From an uncultured Gammaproteobacteria bacterium (GTDB taxonomy: Bacteria > Pseudomonadota > Gammaproteobacteria > DRLM01), in the NCBI GenBank assembly GCA_963729605.1, contig CAVSNY010000007.1, positions 1,184,001 through 1,248,000 on the forward strand: 64,000 nt of DNA, given 5' to 3'. The notes under the pieces are model-generated. The model saw only the letters and a program-made list of their open reading frames with translations, searched no databases and was not told the origin of the DNA. Shown in pieces: positions 12,786 through 23,772 of the stretch. Made by a program: the position numbers and the translations under genes. The first letter of the stretch is position 1, and each line of letters begins with the position of its first letter.

Positions 12786-14009
12786 ATGGCATTGATCGTA
12801 CAAAAATACGGGGGCACGTCGGTGGGTAGCCCCGAACGCATCCGGCACGTCGCGGAAAAAGTGTCGGCCGCGCGCCGGCGGGGCGACGACGTGGTGGTGG
12901 TGGTGTCGGCGATGAGCGGTGAAACCGATCGTTTGGTGGGCTTGGCCCACCAGCTCGATCCGCGTCCCGAACCCCGCGAGCTGGACGTGCTGTTGTCCAC
13001 CGGCGAGCAGGTCACTATCGCACTGTTGAGCATCGCCTTGCAGAAACTCGGGTGCGCGGCGCGTTCGTATACCGGCGCGCAGGTGCGCATCCTCACCGAC
13101 AACGCCTTCAACAAGGCGCGCATCCGCGACATCGACGAGGCGGCGGTGCGCAAGGATATCAGCGCCGGGCGGGTAGTGGTGGTGGCCGGTTTCCAGGGCG
13201 TGGATGAAGACGGCAATATCACCACCCTGGGCCGCGGTGGTTCCGACACCACCGCCGTCGCGCTGGCCGCGGCCTTGAAGGCCGATGAATGCCAGATCTA
13301 CACCGACGTGGACGGGGTGTACACCACCGATCCGCGCGTCGTGCCGCAGGCGCGCCGCCTCGCCCGCATCACCTTCGAGGAGATGCTGGAGATGGCCAGT
13401 CTGGGTTCGAAGGTCTTGCAGATCCGTTCGGTGGAATTCGCCGGAAAATACAATGTCCCCTTGCGTGTCCTGTCCAGTTTTCAAGAGGGCGAGGGCACGT
13501 TGATCAGTTTTGAGGAATCCCAGATGGAACAGCCTGTCATTTCGGGTATCGCGTTCAATCGCGATGAAGCCAAGATCACCGTGGTCGGGGTGCCCGACCA
13601 GCCGGGCGTGGCCTACGGCATTTTGGGGCCGATCGCCAACGCCAATATCGAAGTGGATATGATCGTCCAGAACGTGGCGGCGGACGCCACGACGGATTTC
13701 ACGTTCACCGTTCATCGCCGCGATTACGCCCAGGCGGTGGAGATTCTGCGTGACGTGGCCACCGGCATGGGCGCGCGGGAATTGACCGGCGATAATAAGA
13801 TCGTGAAGATATCCATCGTCGGGGTAGGCATGCGTTCCCATGCCGGTATCGCCAGCAAAATGTTTCAGACCCTCTCCAAGGAAGGGATCAATATCCGCAT
13901 GATCTCCACCTCGGAGATTAAGGTTTCGGTGGTCGTGGACGAAAAATACCTCGAGCTTGGAGTGCGGGCGCTGCACGACGCCTTCGAACTCGAGCGAACG
14001 CCGAAATAG
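12786..14009 (+). CDS. lysC: Aspartate kinase
   Basis: QKYGGTSVG, TLGRGGSDTTA, two ACT domains. Confidence 0.97.
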   Translation: MALIVQKYGGTSVGSPERIRHVAEKVSAARRRGDDVVVVVSAMSGETDRLVGLAHQLDPRPEPRELDVLLSTGEQVTIALLSIALQKLGCAARSYTGAQVRILTDNAFNKARIRDIDEAAVRKDISAGRVVVVAGFQGVDEDGNITTLGRGGSDTTAVALAAALKADECQIYTDVDGVYTTDPRVVPQARRLARITFEEMLEMASLGSKVLQIRSVEFAGKYNVPLRVLSSFQEGEGTLISFEESQMEQPVISGIAFNRDEAKITVVGVPDQPGVAYGILGPIANANIEVDMIVQNVAADATTDFTFTVHRRDYAQAVEILRDVATGMGARELTGDNKIVKISIVGVGMRSHAGIASKMFQTLSKEGINIRMISTSEIKVSVVVDEKYLELGVRALHDAFELERTPK

Positions 14010-14249
14010 CAAACTTCCGGGTCATCATCGCGTCCAAGCTTTGAGTGAGGTGGGTTTTGGGTGATGCCGAGGCTGTTATTTCCCGGCCGTTGGTTGAAGT
14101 TAAGAGCTGTAAAACAGGGTCTTAGAGGAAGAATTACAGTTTCGAAATGGCGGGCCGATAGAAAAAACAGTGAGCCGTGTGACTATTCTTATCGAGGCTC
14201 CCACCTGGAATGACGAGTATGGTGACTGACCGAACAAGGAGACGAGATC

Positions 14250-14486
14250 ATGCTGATTTTAACCCGGCGTGTGGGTGAGACGCTGATCATCGGGGATGAC
14301 ATAACCGTGACGGTGTTGGGCGTTAAGGGTAACCAAGTCCGTATTGGTGTGAACGCGCCTAAACAAGTTTCTGTTCATCGCGAAGAGATCTACGAACGCA
14401 TTCAGAAAGAAAAAGAAGCCCAGGACCATTCAGGCAGTGATGATCTGGATTCCGGTACGGGGGGCGTCAAAGCGCACACTGGCTAG
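14250..14486 (+). CDS. csrA: Carbon storage regulator CsrA/RsmA
   Basis: [10 protein letters not shown]...VHREEIY. Confidence 0.99.
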   Translation: MLILTRRVGETLIIGDDITVTVLGVKGNQVRIGVNAPKQVSVHREEIYERIQKEKEAQDHSGSDDLDSGTGGVKAHTG

Positions 14487-14513
14487 CGCGAGCACAAAAA
14501 CCATAAATACATT

Positions 14514-14542
14514 TTGCGATTATCGAGCTGATTAGGTATCCT
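14514..14542 (+). promoter_or_regulatory. Putative sigma70 promoter for tRNA-Ser
   Basis: TTGCGA-N17-TATCCT. Confidence 0.5.
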
Positions 14543-14715
14543 TTTGCCGGGTTCAGACTTGGCGGGGGATCGCAGGGGGTAAGGCCCTGACTGCCGTGAG
14601 AGCGAATCCCCGCCAACGCATCAAGATTAACCGCGTAGGATTGTGAGGGTTCGCTCTTCGAGTATTTGCTGAGCGCATTCCCGAAAGGAAAAGCACCAGG
14701 GTCTGGGAAGACGCT

Positions 14716-14808
14716 GGAGAGATGGCCGAGTGGTCGAAGGCGCTCCCCTGCTAAGGGAGTATGGGGTCAAAAGCTCCATCGAGGGTTCGAATCCCTCTCT
14801 CTCCGCCA
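14716..14808 (+). tRNA. tRNA-Ser(GCT)
   Basis: GGAGAGATGGCCGAGTGG start, CT-GCT-AA anticodon loop, long variable arm, GTTCGAATC, CCA end. Usual position after csrA. Confidence 0.98.
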
Positions 14809-15137
14809 TTTATATAGCTTCATATAGATTCCTGCCCACATCCGCCAACCGTCCTTCTCCTATCGTCATGCTTTAAAGTTAACCCCCGATTGTTTCAAGC
14901 GGTGCTGCTGCACTTCTATATTCGATTGGCTAAAGCGAGCTTTTAACCCGCACGCGTCCCATCCCGAATCCGTTGCGCCGGATTGCGTCTTTTCACCATT
15001 TTATTAATCGAACCCAAGGTTTTAACCGGCCGAGCTTGGTCGTGAAAAATCTAAAAAGGGCTGTCTACACGTCGGGGTTGCTTACATGATCATAAAGATG
15101 ATTAATTAAGTTATTAATAAATATATTTTATTTTTTA

Positions 15138-15152
15138 TGGCATGAAGCGTGC
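15138..15152 (+). promoter_or_regulatory. sigma54 (-24/-12) promoter of the PEP-CTERM gene
   Basis: TGGCAT-GAAGC-GTGC, preceded by an AT-rich tract at 15090-15137. Confidence 0.65.
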
Positions 15153-15197
15153 TTATGTCATACCTAACGATGTCAACCGTAGTTAGGAAGTAAAATT

Positions 15198-15824
15198 ATG
15201 TCAAGAAAAAATCTGTTTGCCGGGCTGTTCGCGGCTTTGGTAATGGTCGCCTTTTCACCGGCACAAGCCACCCCCCTCACCTTCGATATCGCCGGCGCCC
15301 CGGGATCGTCGGTCAGCGCGATGATACCTTCAAGTTTTTGCTTTGGGTGTTCCGTCAGTACTACCTTGAATCCGGGTTTAAATGACGTTGCTTTTACGCT
15401 CAATCCCGGCGAAAGCCAGACCTTCGATTTCTTCAGCATCAAGGTCAAGGGTATTGGCGCGGCCTTGATCGATGTCAATGCCGTACTGGGCTTTGATTTT
15501 CCCACCGTCACCGGCGTGTCAAGCGACGGTTCCGGCGGCTACGTGACCATTTCGGGTGTAGTCAGCGCCGGTACTCTGACCTGGATAGATCCCACGCCCA
15601 TCACCTTGCTCGATGGTTCGCAGTTCAAAGTCGAGTTTTCCGACATTATTGCCTTTGGGATTGGTAATACGGCACAGGTGACCGCCACCGTTACCGCCTT
15701 GAGCGGCGTGACGCCGAACGCGGTACCCGAGCCCGCGTCTTTAGCGTTGTTGGGTCTGGGCCTTGTCGGCCTCGTGGTGGCCCGCAGAAAGACAGCGCCG
15801 TTGCGTCCCTTGTTATTCCATTGA
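15198..15824 (+). CDS. PEP-CTERM sorting domain protein
   Basis: N-terminal signal peptide (AQA) and C-terminal VPEPASLALLGLGLVGLVVARRK. Confidence 0.93.
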   Translation: MSRKNLFAGLFAALVMVAFSPAQATPLTFDIAGAPGSSVSAMIPSSFCFGCSVSTTLNPGLNDVAFTLNPGESQTFDFFSIKVKGIGAALIDVNAVLGFDFPTVTGVSSDGSGGYVTISGVVSAGTLTWIDPTPITLLDGSQFKVEFSDIIAFGIGNTAQVTATVTALSGVTPNAVPEPASLALLGLGLVGLVVARRKTAPLRPLLFH

Positions 15825-16087
15825 TTGAGTCTGACCGTGCACGGGGGGAATCCCCGTGCCTGCTCAAGGGCGGAATCGCGCCTCCTCGTTAGGCCTCTCT
15901 CATCGCCTGATCCCCGCGCTTGCCACGGGGAGTTTTAAACGCGGTTCACCAATGGCTATCAGGTTTGGCCGGCTAATAGCCTGCTCGATAGCGATACCCG
16001 TCCCGTTAAATAAACAGTGTTAAGTCAGGCTCACCGTGGTGGCTGGATGAAAGTCCGGCCAGGCGGAAAGATTTCCGCCCTGAATTC

Positions 16088-16116
16088 TTGACACTACGGC
16101 GTTGCAACTGGATAAT
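16088..16116 (+). promoter_or_regulatory. sigma70 promoter for tRNA-Arg
   Basis: TTGACA-N17-GATAAT, 22 nt before the tRNA. Confidence 0.8.
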
Positions 16117-16138
16117 CCGCAACCTTCTAAAGCAGTAT

Positions 16139-16215
16139 GCGCCCGTAGCTCAGTTGGATAGAGTACCAGGCTACGAACTTGGTGGTCGGGAGTTCGAATC
16201 TCTCCGGGCGCGCCA
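16139..16215 (+). tRNA. tRNA-Arg(ACG)
   Basis: 77 nt cloverleaf, CT-ACG-AA anticodon loop, GTTCGAATC, CCA end. Confidence 0.98.
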
Positions 16216-16219
16216 TCTA

Positions 16220-16252
16220 AAAAAGGCTTAGGTGATCGTACCTAGGCCTTTT
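16220..16252 (+). terminator. Terminator after tRNA-Arg
   Basis: AAAAGGCTTAGG / CCTAGGCCTTTT hairpin with T tract. Confidence 0.75.
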
Positions 16253-16674
16253 GTGTTTTTGGTGACTTGGCCCCCGTGCAAGTTGCAATCCCATGAGCGA
16301 GCCCGCTGTGCGTCCATTCGCGGCCGCCTTGGCCGGGAAATAATTCCGGTATGGATGATGTAAACCATGGCCGCCGCTTCGGTGATCCGCAACAGACGGT
16401 TCGCCCCTCCCCCGATTCTTGGCATCGGCCTAGGTGCCGCGCCTTTCCATCCGCCTCTTTTCGAGGTGCGTGAGACTCACATAAACTTACTAAAAATAAG
16501 GCTGATTCGCGCCTATCGAGGAAATGGGGTGTTGTCCATTGACCCGATTGGCATGAAATCGGCCGTTTGCCGCTTTTCTAACCGTTCGTTGACTATACTT
16601 GCGAGTGGTGGTTGAAAAGTGGCTGTGTGTTAGGCGGCCCGCTTCACTGTAGATGCCCCAGCACAGGAGAGCGG

Positions 16675-19600
16675 ATGTTAAGGAAGTTGCTCCTGCTAAT
16701 AGTGTGTAACGTGGTCCTTAGCTGGGCCGTGCACGCCCAGGATGCCGAAATCAAAGTCGGTGTGCTGTCGCTGCGCGGTGAAGAAAATATATTGGCGGCT
16801 TGGATGGCGACCGCCGATTATCTTAGCCGGTCAGTGCCGGGCCATCATTTCACGATCCAGCCTCTCAGCCTTGATCAAGTAAAGCACGCCGTCGCCGGGG
16901 GGACGTTGGATTTCGTCATCACCAATCCCGGCCAATACGTCAGTTTGGAGGCCGAGCAGGGCGCCTCCCGCATTGCTACCGTATTGCAGTGGCATCGCCC
17001 GATCGAAGACAGATATGGCGCGGTCATCATCGTCCGTGCCGACAGCGCGATCACCCAACTGTCGGAGTTGCGCGGACGTTCATTCATGGGTTTGGCGCCC
17101 GACGCCTTCGGCGGCTTTCAAATGGCCTGGCGGGAAATGCTGAAAGCCGGCGTTGACCCGCAGCGAGACCTGGGCAAGTTGCGCTTCGCCGGGACCTCGC
17201 AAGACCTGGTGGTCTACGCGGTCCGCGATGGTGACGTGGACGCCGGTACCGTCTCGTCCTCCGTCTTCGCGGAGATGGTCGAGAAGGGGAAAATAGATAC
17301 CGCCGATTTCCGCATCTTGAATCCCCGGCAGTTTCCGGAGTTCGCTTTCCCCCTCAGCACGCCGCTTTATCCGGAATGGCCTTTCGTCAAGCTGCGAAAC
17401 ACGTCGGAAAGATTGGCGAGCGACGTGGCCATCGCCCTGTTCCGCATGCCGCCGAGTGCGGGAACGGATCCGGGCATATTCGGTTGGACCGTGCCGCTGG
17501 ATTACCAACCGGTGCATGAATTATTGCGCGAATTGCAGCTGCCGCCTTATGACGCCCGTCGTAACCCCACGCTGTTCGAGATGGCGAAATATTATTGGCC
17601 TTGGCTGCTGACATTGGGCGGCGTGTTGTTGACCCTGGCGGCCGCCAATCTATGGGGCAGGCGCATGGTAAGCGTGCGCACCGCCGAATTGAACCGGGCG
17701 AACCGCGCTTTGCAACGGGAGATCGACGCGCGCGCTCAAACCGAGGATTCCCTGCGGGAGAGCCAGCGCCTGTTCGTGACCCTGATGAGTAATTTGCCGG
17801 GCGTGGTATACCGCTGCGGCAACGACCGTCAGCGAACCTTATCGTTCGTCAGCGAAGGGGTTGTGGCGCTGACCGGTTATCAGCGCGCGGAGCTGGAGAA
17901 TAATCACCACCTCGCCTTCGGCGACATAATTCATCCCGAAGACCGCGAGCGGGTGTGGGAAGAAGTTCAGTCAGGGGTGCGCGAGGGACGGCCTTTCCAA
18001 CTGGTCTACCGGATTTGTACCGCCGCCGGCGATGAACGCTGGGTGTGGGAACAAGGGCGCGGTCCGGCGGTGAGCGGGAATCAAAAGGACGTGCTGGAAG
18101 GCTACATCACCGACATCAGTGCCTTGAAATATTCAGAAGCCGCCTTGCGCTCCATCGTGCACGGGACGGCCTCGGCGGTGGGCGAACAGTTTTTCCAAGT
18201 CCTGGTGCGCGAGCTGGCGTCGGTATTGCGAGTGCGGTGGGCCTTCGTTTGCGAGATCGTCTCTCCGGAAAAAATGCGCAACATCGCCCTGTGGAACGAC
18301 GGCCGTTACGGCGAGGCCTTTGAATTCAATCCGACCGGTACGCCCGCGGAACGGGTAGTGGGTTGGGGACTGGTGTATTACCCGAGTGACGTGGCGCGTT
18401 TGTTTCCTCATGATCCATGGCTGCGCGAACATGGCGTTGAAAGTTATCTCGCCATTCCCTTGTTCGACCCCGCCGGACTGCCCCTCGGCCATCTCGGGGT
18501 GATGCATGACGGACCGATGCACGAAGAATTGCCGGCGCGCACCCTGTTGCAGGTCTTTGCCTCGCGGGCCGGCGCCGAACTGGAGAGAAAAAGGACCGAA
18601 ATAGATAAAAGCCGTCTCACCAATCACCTCCGTTTATTATTGGACGCCACCGACGAAGGGATATACGGCATCGATCTACAAGGACACTGCACCTTCATCA
18701 ACCGGGCGGCGGCGCGCCTGATCGGTTATACACCGGTCAATGTGCTGGGCAAGAATATGCATGACCTGATTCATCATACCCGGGACGGCGGCGGCGAATA
18801 CGCCGCGCGGGATTGCCCCATCTGCGAGGTCATGCGCAGCGGCTTGGGTGCGCGGGTGGACGACGAAGTGTTCTGGCGCCGCGACGGCCGCTTCTTTCCG
18901 GTGGAATACTCCACCTATCCGATTCGTGAAAACGGCGTGATCACCGGCGCGGTGGTGATTTTCTCCGACATCAGCCGGCGCCGCGAGGCCGAGGCGGAAT
19001 TGCGTAAACACGCCACCGCGGTGGAGCAAAGCACCACCGCGGTGGTCATCACCGACGTCAACGGCAATATCGAATACGTCAACCCGCGTTTCTCGCACCT
19101 CAGCGGCTATTCCGCGCCCGAGGTGGTGGGGCGCAATCGCAGCGCGCTGCGCTCCGACGACACCAGTCCGCATCAATACGCGCTCAGCCAGCAGGATTTG
19201 TGGAACCACGGCGAGTGGCGAGGCGAGATACAGAACAAAAAGAAAAACGGCGAGCCCTACTGGGTGCGCCAGGTCATTTCCGCGGTGCGCGATCGAGATG
19301 GACGGGTGACCCATTATCTGATCCTGGAGGAAGACATCACCGAGCAAAAACGGGTCGAGGCGGAGCGCAATCAGGCCGAGAATCTGGTATGGCGGCTGGG
19401 GCGCATCCTCGATCAGTCCTTCGATGAAATCTACGTGATCGGCGCTGAGGATCTGCGTTTCGTCCAAGTTAACAAGGGCGCGATGAATAATCTCGGTTAC
19501 AGTTTCAGCGAGATCGAGGGCATGACGCCGTTGGACTTGTTACCCGACTACGATATGGCGGGCTTTTTGGGGCAGTTGGCCCCGTTGCGCACGGCGGCGG

Positions 19601-21474
19601 TCGATCATCTGGTTCTGGAAACCGAACACCGTCGCAAGGACGGCACGATTTACCCTGTGGAATTGCGTATCCAATATTCCAGACTCGAGGAGGTGCCGCT
19701 GTTCGTGGTGACCGGGCAGGACATTACCGCCCGCAAGCTGGCCGAGGAGGAACTCAAGAAAAGCCAGGCCAGCCTCGCGGCGGCGCAGCGGATCGCCCAT
19801 CTGGGCAATTGGGATTGGGATATCGTGCAGGATAAGCTTTATTGGTCGGACGAGATCTACATGATGTTCGGCGTCGATCCGCAGAGTTTCACTCCGAGTT
19901 ACGCTTCGCTCATCGGCCGGGTCCATCCTGATGAGCGGCAGTACGTGGAGGACGCGGTGCGCGCCACCATCGACGGCGGGCAACGTTACGATGTCGAACA
20001 TCGCGTGTTATTGGCGGACGGCCGCGAACGCATCGTACATGCCCAGGGCGAAGCGGTGTATAACCCCGAGGGCAAGTTGGTGCGGATGATGGGTACGGTG
20101 CAAGACATCACCGCCCGCAAACGCGCCGAGGAACGGCTCAACTTCCTGGCCTTTTACGACGATCTCACCAGCCTGCCCAATCGGGTGTTGTTCCACGACC
20201 GGTTGCGGCAGGCCTTATTGGAAGCGGAGCGCCATCAGCGCACCGTGGCGGTGATGTTCATGGATCTCGACCGCTTCAAGAACATCAACGACAGCATGGG
20301 ACATGAGGCCGGTGATTTGCTGTTGAAGGCGGTGGCGGCGCGATTGACCGCGTCGGTGCGCGAAGGCGACACCGTGGCGCGCTTGGGCGGCGATGAGTTT
20401 ACCGTGGTGCTGAACGTCATCGAGCGGGTGCAGGACGCCGCCAAGGTGGCGAACAAGATTCTGCGCAGTTTCCAAAAACCGTTTCTCATCCAGGGCCACG
20501 AGTTGTTCATCACCGCCAGCCTGGGCATCACCCTGTATCCGCACGATGACGCAGAGATCCACGGCCTGCTCAAGAATGCCGACACCGCGATGTACCACGC
20601 CAAGGAACAAGGCAGAAACAACTATCAGTTCTATTCCTCGGAAATGAGCGCGACGGCCTATGAGCGCCTGGTGATGGAAACCAATCTGCGCCAGGCCCTT
20701 GATCGCGGCGAATTCGTCTTGTATTACCAGCCGCAGGTGGGTTTGGAGAACGGCGACGTGGCCGGCGTGGAGGCATTGATCCGCTGGAAACATCCGGAAC
20801 TGGGTTTGGTCTTGCCGTATAAATTCATCCCGCTCGCCGAGGAGACCGGGTTGATCGTGCCCATCACCGAATGGGCCTTGCACGAGGCCTGCCGGCAGTT
20901 GCGGATCTGGCAGGACGCCGGGCTCGGTGAATTGCGAATCAGCGTCAACATTTCCAGCCATTATTTTCTGCAGAAGGACTTGCTGGACACGGTCGAGAGG
21001 CTGGTCAGCGATTATGGCCTGTCCAGCTGGCAACTCGAATTGGAACTGACGGAAAGCGCGATCATGCATAACATCGAGTTGGCGGTCGCCACGCTCAACA
21101 AACTCAAGTCGCTGGGGGTGCGGGTGGCGCTCGACGATTTCGGCACGGGCTATTCCAGTCTGAGCTATCTCAAACGGTTTCCCATCGACATCCTCAAAAT
21201 CGACCAGTCCTTCATTCGTGACATTCCCCACGACAAGAACGAAGCGGCGCTGACCTCCGCCATCATCACCCTCGGCCATAGCTTGGGCATCGAAATCGTC
21301 GCCGAGGGCGTGGAAAACACCGCTCAGGTCGCGTTCCTGAAAAACGGCGCTTGTGATTATGTGCAGGGCTTCTTCTTCAGCGAGCCGCTGTCGCCGGATG
21401 TCTTGTTCGAACTGCTCCGGCACGATATGAAAGTGATTCCCGGCGCGCGCGGCATGGCCGCCCGGATGCAGTGA
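16675..21474 (+). CDS. Membrane-anchored diguanylate cyclase/phosphodiesterase: periplasmic PhnD/TtrS-like sensor, TM, PAS, GAF, several PAS, GGDEF, EAL
   Basis: Signal/TM segment, [34 protein letters not shown] repeats, REGD I-site plus [26 protein letters not shown]. Confidence 0.9.
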   Translation: MLRKLLLLIVCNVVLSWAVHAQDAEIKVGVLSLRGEENILAAWMATADYLSRSVPGHHFTIQPLSLDQVKHAVAGGTLDFVITNPGQYVSLEAEQGASRIATVLQWHRPIEDRYGAVIIVRADSAITQLSELRGRSFMGLAPDAFGGFQMAWREMLKAGVDPQRDLGKLRFAGTSQDLVVYAVRDGDVDAGTVSSSVFAEMVEKGKIDTADFRILNPRQFPEFAFPLSTPLYPEWPFVKLRNTSERLASDVAIALFRMPPSAGTDPGIFGWTVPLDYQPVHELLRELQLPPYDARRNPTLFEMAKYYWPWLLTLGGVLLTLAAANLWGRRMVSVRTAELNRANRALQREIDARAQTEDSLRESQRLFVTLMSNLPGVVYRCGNDRQRTLSFVSEGVVALTGYQRAELENNHHLAFGDIIHPEDRERVWEEVQSGVREGRPFQLVYRICTAAGDERWVWEQGRGPAVSGNQKDVLEGYITDISALKYSEAALRSIVHGTASAVGEQFFQVLVRELASVLRVRWAFVCEIVSPEKMRNIALWNDGRYGEAFEFNPTGTPAERVVGWGLVYYPSDVARLFPHDPWLREHGVESYLAIPLFDPAGLPLGHLGVMHDGPMHEELPARTLLQVFASRAGAELERKRTEIDKSRLTNHLRLLLDATDEGIYGIDLQGHCTFINRAAARLIGYTPVNVLGKNMHDLIHHTRDGGGEYAARDCPICEVMRSGLGARVDDEVFWRRDGRFFPVEYSTYPIRENGVITGAVVIFSDISRRREAEAELRKHATAVEQSTTAVVITDVNGNIEYVNPRFSHLSGYSAPEVVGRNRSALRSDDTSPHQYALSQQDLWNHGEWRGEIQNKKKNGEPYWVRQVISAVRDRDGRVTHYLILEEDITEQKRVEAERNQAENLVWRLGRILDQSFDEIYVIGAEDLRFVQVNKGAMNNLGYSFSEIEGMTPLDLLPDYDMAGFLGQLAPLRTAAVDHLVLETEHRRKDGTIYPVELRIQYSRLEEVPLFVVTGQDITARKLAEEELKKSQASLAAAQRIAHLGNWDWDIVQDKLYWSDEIYMMFGVDPQSFTPSYASLIGRVHPDERQYVEDAVRATIDGGQRYDVEHRVLLADGRERIVHAQGEAVYNPEGKLVRMMGTVQDITARKRAEERLNFLAFYDDLTSLPNRVLFHDRLRQALLEAERHQRTVAVMFMDLDRFKNINDSMGHEAGDLLLKAVAARLTASVREGDTVARLGGDEFTVVLNVIERVQDAAKVANKILRSFQKPFLIQGHELFITASLGITLYPHDDAEIHGLLKNADTAMYHAKEQGRNNYQFYSSEMSATAYERLVMETNLRQALDRGEFVLYYQPQVGLENGDVAGVEALIRWKHPELGLVLPYKFIPLAEETGLIVPITEWALHEACRQLRIWQDAGLGELRISVNISSHYFLQKDLLDTVERLVSDYGLSSWQLELELTESAIMHNIELAVATLNKLKSLGVRVALDDFGTGYSSLSYLKRFPIDILKIDQSFIRDIPHDKNEAALTSAIITLGHSLGIEIVAEGVENTAQVAFLKNGACDYVQGFFFSEPLSPDVLFELLRHDMKVIPGARGMAARMQ

Positions 21475-21617
21475 GTCGCGGCGATCCTATTCGCGCCGGC
21501 GCGGTTCGATAGCGGAAATATCTCATCGACCCGGCATCGAGCTTGGCGCTATCCGACTTGGATCAATCTCCCCGGCGCCATCGAACCGGCGCGGGTATGT
21601 CGGCGCTGCGACCGGGA

Positions 21618-22466
21618 TCAGTCGCCGCGGCGTGCCCTCTCCCAGGCGAGCAAGGCGAGTTTCTTGTCCGAGCCCCAGCGATATTCACCGACGGCGCCGT
21701 CTTCGCGAAGGACCCGGTGGCAGGGTACCAGCAACGCGAGCCGGTTGCGGGCGAGCGCCGAGCCAACCGCCCGCGAGGCCCGCGGCGCATCCGCCAACAC
21801 CGCGAGATCGCCGTAAGAAACCGCATGGCCGGCCGGAATACGCAGCAGGGCCTCCCATACCTTGATTTGAAAATTGGTGCCGCGCAGCAAGACACTCAGC
21901 GGCCGGGCCGCCGTCGTTACGCCGAAGATGCGTTGCGCCATGACCCGTACCGCCGCGTCGTCACGCGCCAGCCGCGCCTTCGGCCATTCCGCGCACAGCT
22001 CCGCCTCGGCTGACGCCGCCGTTTCCGCCTCGATGAATTTCAGATGGCAAACGCCCCGCGTCGTGACGGCGGCGATGATCGCGCCGAACGGCGTATCCGC
22101 GTAGCCGTAACGGATCGTCAGTCCTTCACCCAAGGCGCCGACCTCGCCGGGTGTCAGCGCTTCGCAGGCCACCATCAAATCGTGCAGCCGGCCGGGGCTG
22201 GACAAACCGGATTCCAGCGCCGCGCTCAACACGTCGCGCGAATCGCGCAACAGCGCCTTGGCGCTTTCCTTGGTCAAGAACTGCAAGAAGCGTTTCGGCG
22301 AAATACCGGCCCAGGCGCTGAACACCCGTTGCAGATGATGCGGACTCAGTCCCACATGCCCGGCTACCTCCGCCAGAGTCGGTTGCTCGCGCGAACGCGC
22401 CCGCACGAAACGAATCGCCGCCGCCACCGTCTCGTAACTCTTCGCCTGGTCGATCCCCTTCGCCAC
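21618..22466 (-). CDS. AraC-HTH plus methylated-DNA--protein-cysteine methyltransferase (Ada-like, lacking the N-terminal Zn domain)
   Basis: LSPHHLQRVF..GISPK HTH, GTNFQIKVW, PCHRV active site. Confidence 0.9.
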   Translation of the reverse strand: MAKGIDQAKSYETVAAAIRFVRARSREQPTLAEVAGHVGLSPHHLQRVFSAWAGISPKRFLQFLTKESAKALLRDSRDVLSAALESGLSSPGRLHDLMVACEALTPGEVGALGEGLTIRYGYADTPFGAIIAAVTTRGVCHLKFIEAETAASAEAELCAEWPKARLARDDAAVRVMAQRIFGVTTAARPLSVLLRGTNFQIKVWEALLRIPAGHAVSYGDLAVLADAPRASRAVGSALARNRLALLVPCHRVLREDGAVGEYRWGSDKKLALLAWERARRGD

Positions 22467-22470
22467 GTTT

Positions 22471-23361
22471 TCAACTCCTCTCCGCTTTCAAGGCGCGCCC
22501 GCCGCCCAGCACGCCATTCACCAGCGCCGTGCCCAGCAACACCAGCGCGCCGCCGGCCAGCGTCTTCCAGCCCACCGTCTCGTCGAGAAACACCACGCCC
22601 AAGGCCACGCCGAACACCGGAATCAAAAACGTCACCGACAAGGCCCGTACCGGTCCGACATCGTTTATCAACCTGAAATACAGCAGATAGGCCACGCCGG
22701 TGCACAACACCCCCAAGGCGAGGGCGGCCAGCCAATCGACGGATGTCGGCACCTGCGGCGCCGGAATCCACAGCGCGAAGGGCAACACCAGCAAGGCGGC
22801 GGCCCACATGCTGCCGTGCGCCGTGTCGGTGGGATCGGCGCCGGCCTGCGCGCGCTTGGTGTAAGAGCTGGCGATGCTATAACTCAGCGCGGCGCCGAGA
22901 CTGGCGGCCAGCGCCAACCAGCCGCCGGCGCCGTTCACCGCGACGCCGTCCCACGCCAGCGTCGCGACGCCCGCGAAACCCAGGATCAAACCCACCGCCG
23001 CCGCGCGGCTCACCGGCTGGCGCAACCAGATGGCCGCGACGATGGCGCCGAAGATCGGCGATGACGAATTGAGGATCGCCATCAGCGAGGCGCTCAAGGT
23101 CTGCGCCGCGTAGGCGAACAGCAAAAACGGCAGGGCCGAATTGAGCAGGCCGATCACCAGATAAAACCGCCAGTGCCGGCGCAGATTCAACCGGCGGCCG
23201 AGCCAAGCACACACGCCGTACAGAAACAGTGCGGCGATCCCTACTCGCAGTTCGGCGAGCAAGCCCGTGCCGAACACCGGCGCGCCGATGCGCATGAACA
23301 AAAATGATCCGCCCCAAATCGCGGCGAGGGTGAAAAGTCGGATGAGGCTGGCGATGTCCAT
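22471..23361 (-). CDS. DMT/EamA family transporter
   Basis: LAAIWGGSF, about 10 hydrophobic segments in two repeats. Confidence 0.9.
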   Translation of the reverse strand: MDIASLIRLFTLAAIWGGSFLFMRIGAPVFGTGLLAELRVGIAALFLYGVCAWLGRRLNLRRHWRFYLVIGLLNSALPFLLFAYAAQTLSASLMAILNSSSPIFGAIVAAIWLRQPVSRAAAVGLILGFAGVATLAWDGVAVNGAGGWLALAASLGAALSYSIASSYTKRAQAGADPTDTAHGSMWAAALLVLPFALWIPAPQVPTSVDWLAALALGVLCTGVAYLLYFRLINDVGPVRALSVTFLIPVFGVALGVVFLDETVGWKTLAGGALVLLGTALVNGVLGGGRALKAERS

Positions 23362-23772
23362 CTGAGGTCCCGGGGCTAGTCGGGACATTCTCGCCGGAGC
23401 GGGGGATGAGCGCCACCCGATAATTGCGATTGATTGTGGGAGGATGGATAAACGGGAGGCGGGGCGTATTTCTATATTGCCCTTACCGGACGATGCGGAT
23501 GAAGGTCGCGCCCCGCATCAATCGCGAGCGATGCGGTTCGCGTCCTCACCGCGGGCTGAACCGGTATGGTTCCATAACGCCGCCAGTCGTTCGCCGTTCG
23601 CAGCCGCGAGGGTATCACCTTCGACCAGGCTGCGGTTTTTGACGCGGTGCACCGTTCCGGCATGAGCGGCGTGTAAAACGGCAATTACACGACTTCGCCG
23701 CTGTCCACGTCCGCGCGCCGGCCATGCCCCGCACGTGCCCGTCATTGAAATTCGGACATCCAAGGAATAGGG

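Noticed and set aside
12756-14012. Long antisense ORFs (418 aa opposite lysC, also 24070-25902, 20215-21423, 45699-46961 and others)
   Set aside because: They mirror well-identified genes. This is the expected shadow of high-GC codon usage, and they carry no recognisable motifs.
14627-14809. 60 aa ORF MAEREGFEPS..
   Set aside because: It is the reverse complement of tRNA-Ser, a well-known spurious translation.
14809-21474. tRNA-anchored prophage or integrative element
   Set aside because: No integrase, phage genes or duplicated tRNA 3' end were seen.
23400-23770. Small ORFs between the EamA and Gcr-like genes
   Set aside because: Short overlapping frames with no RBS or recognisable motif.
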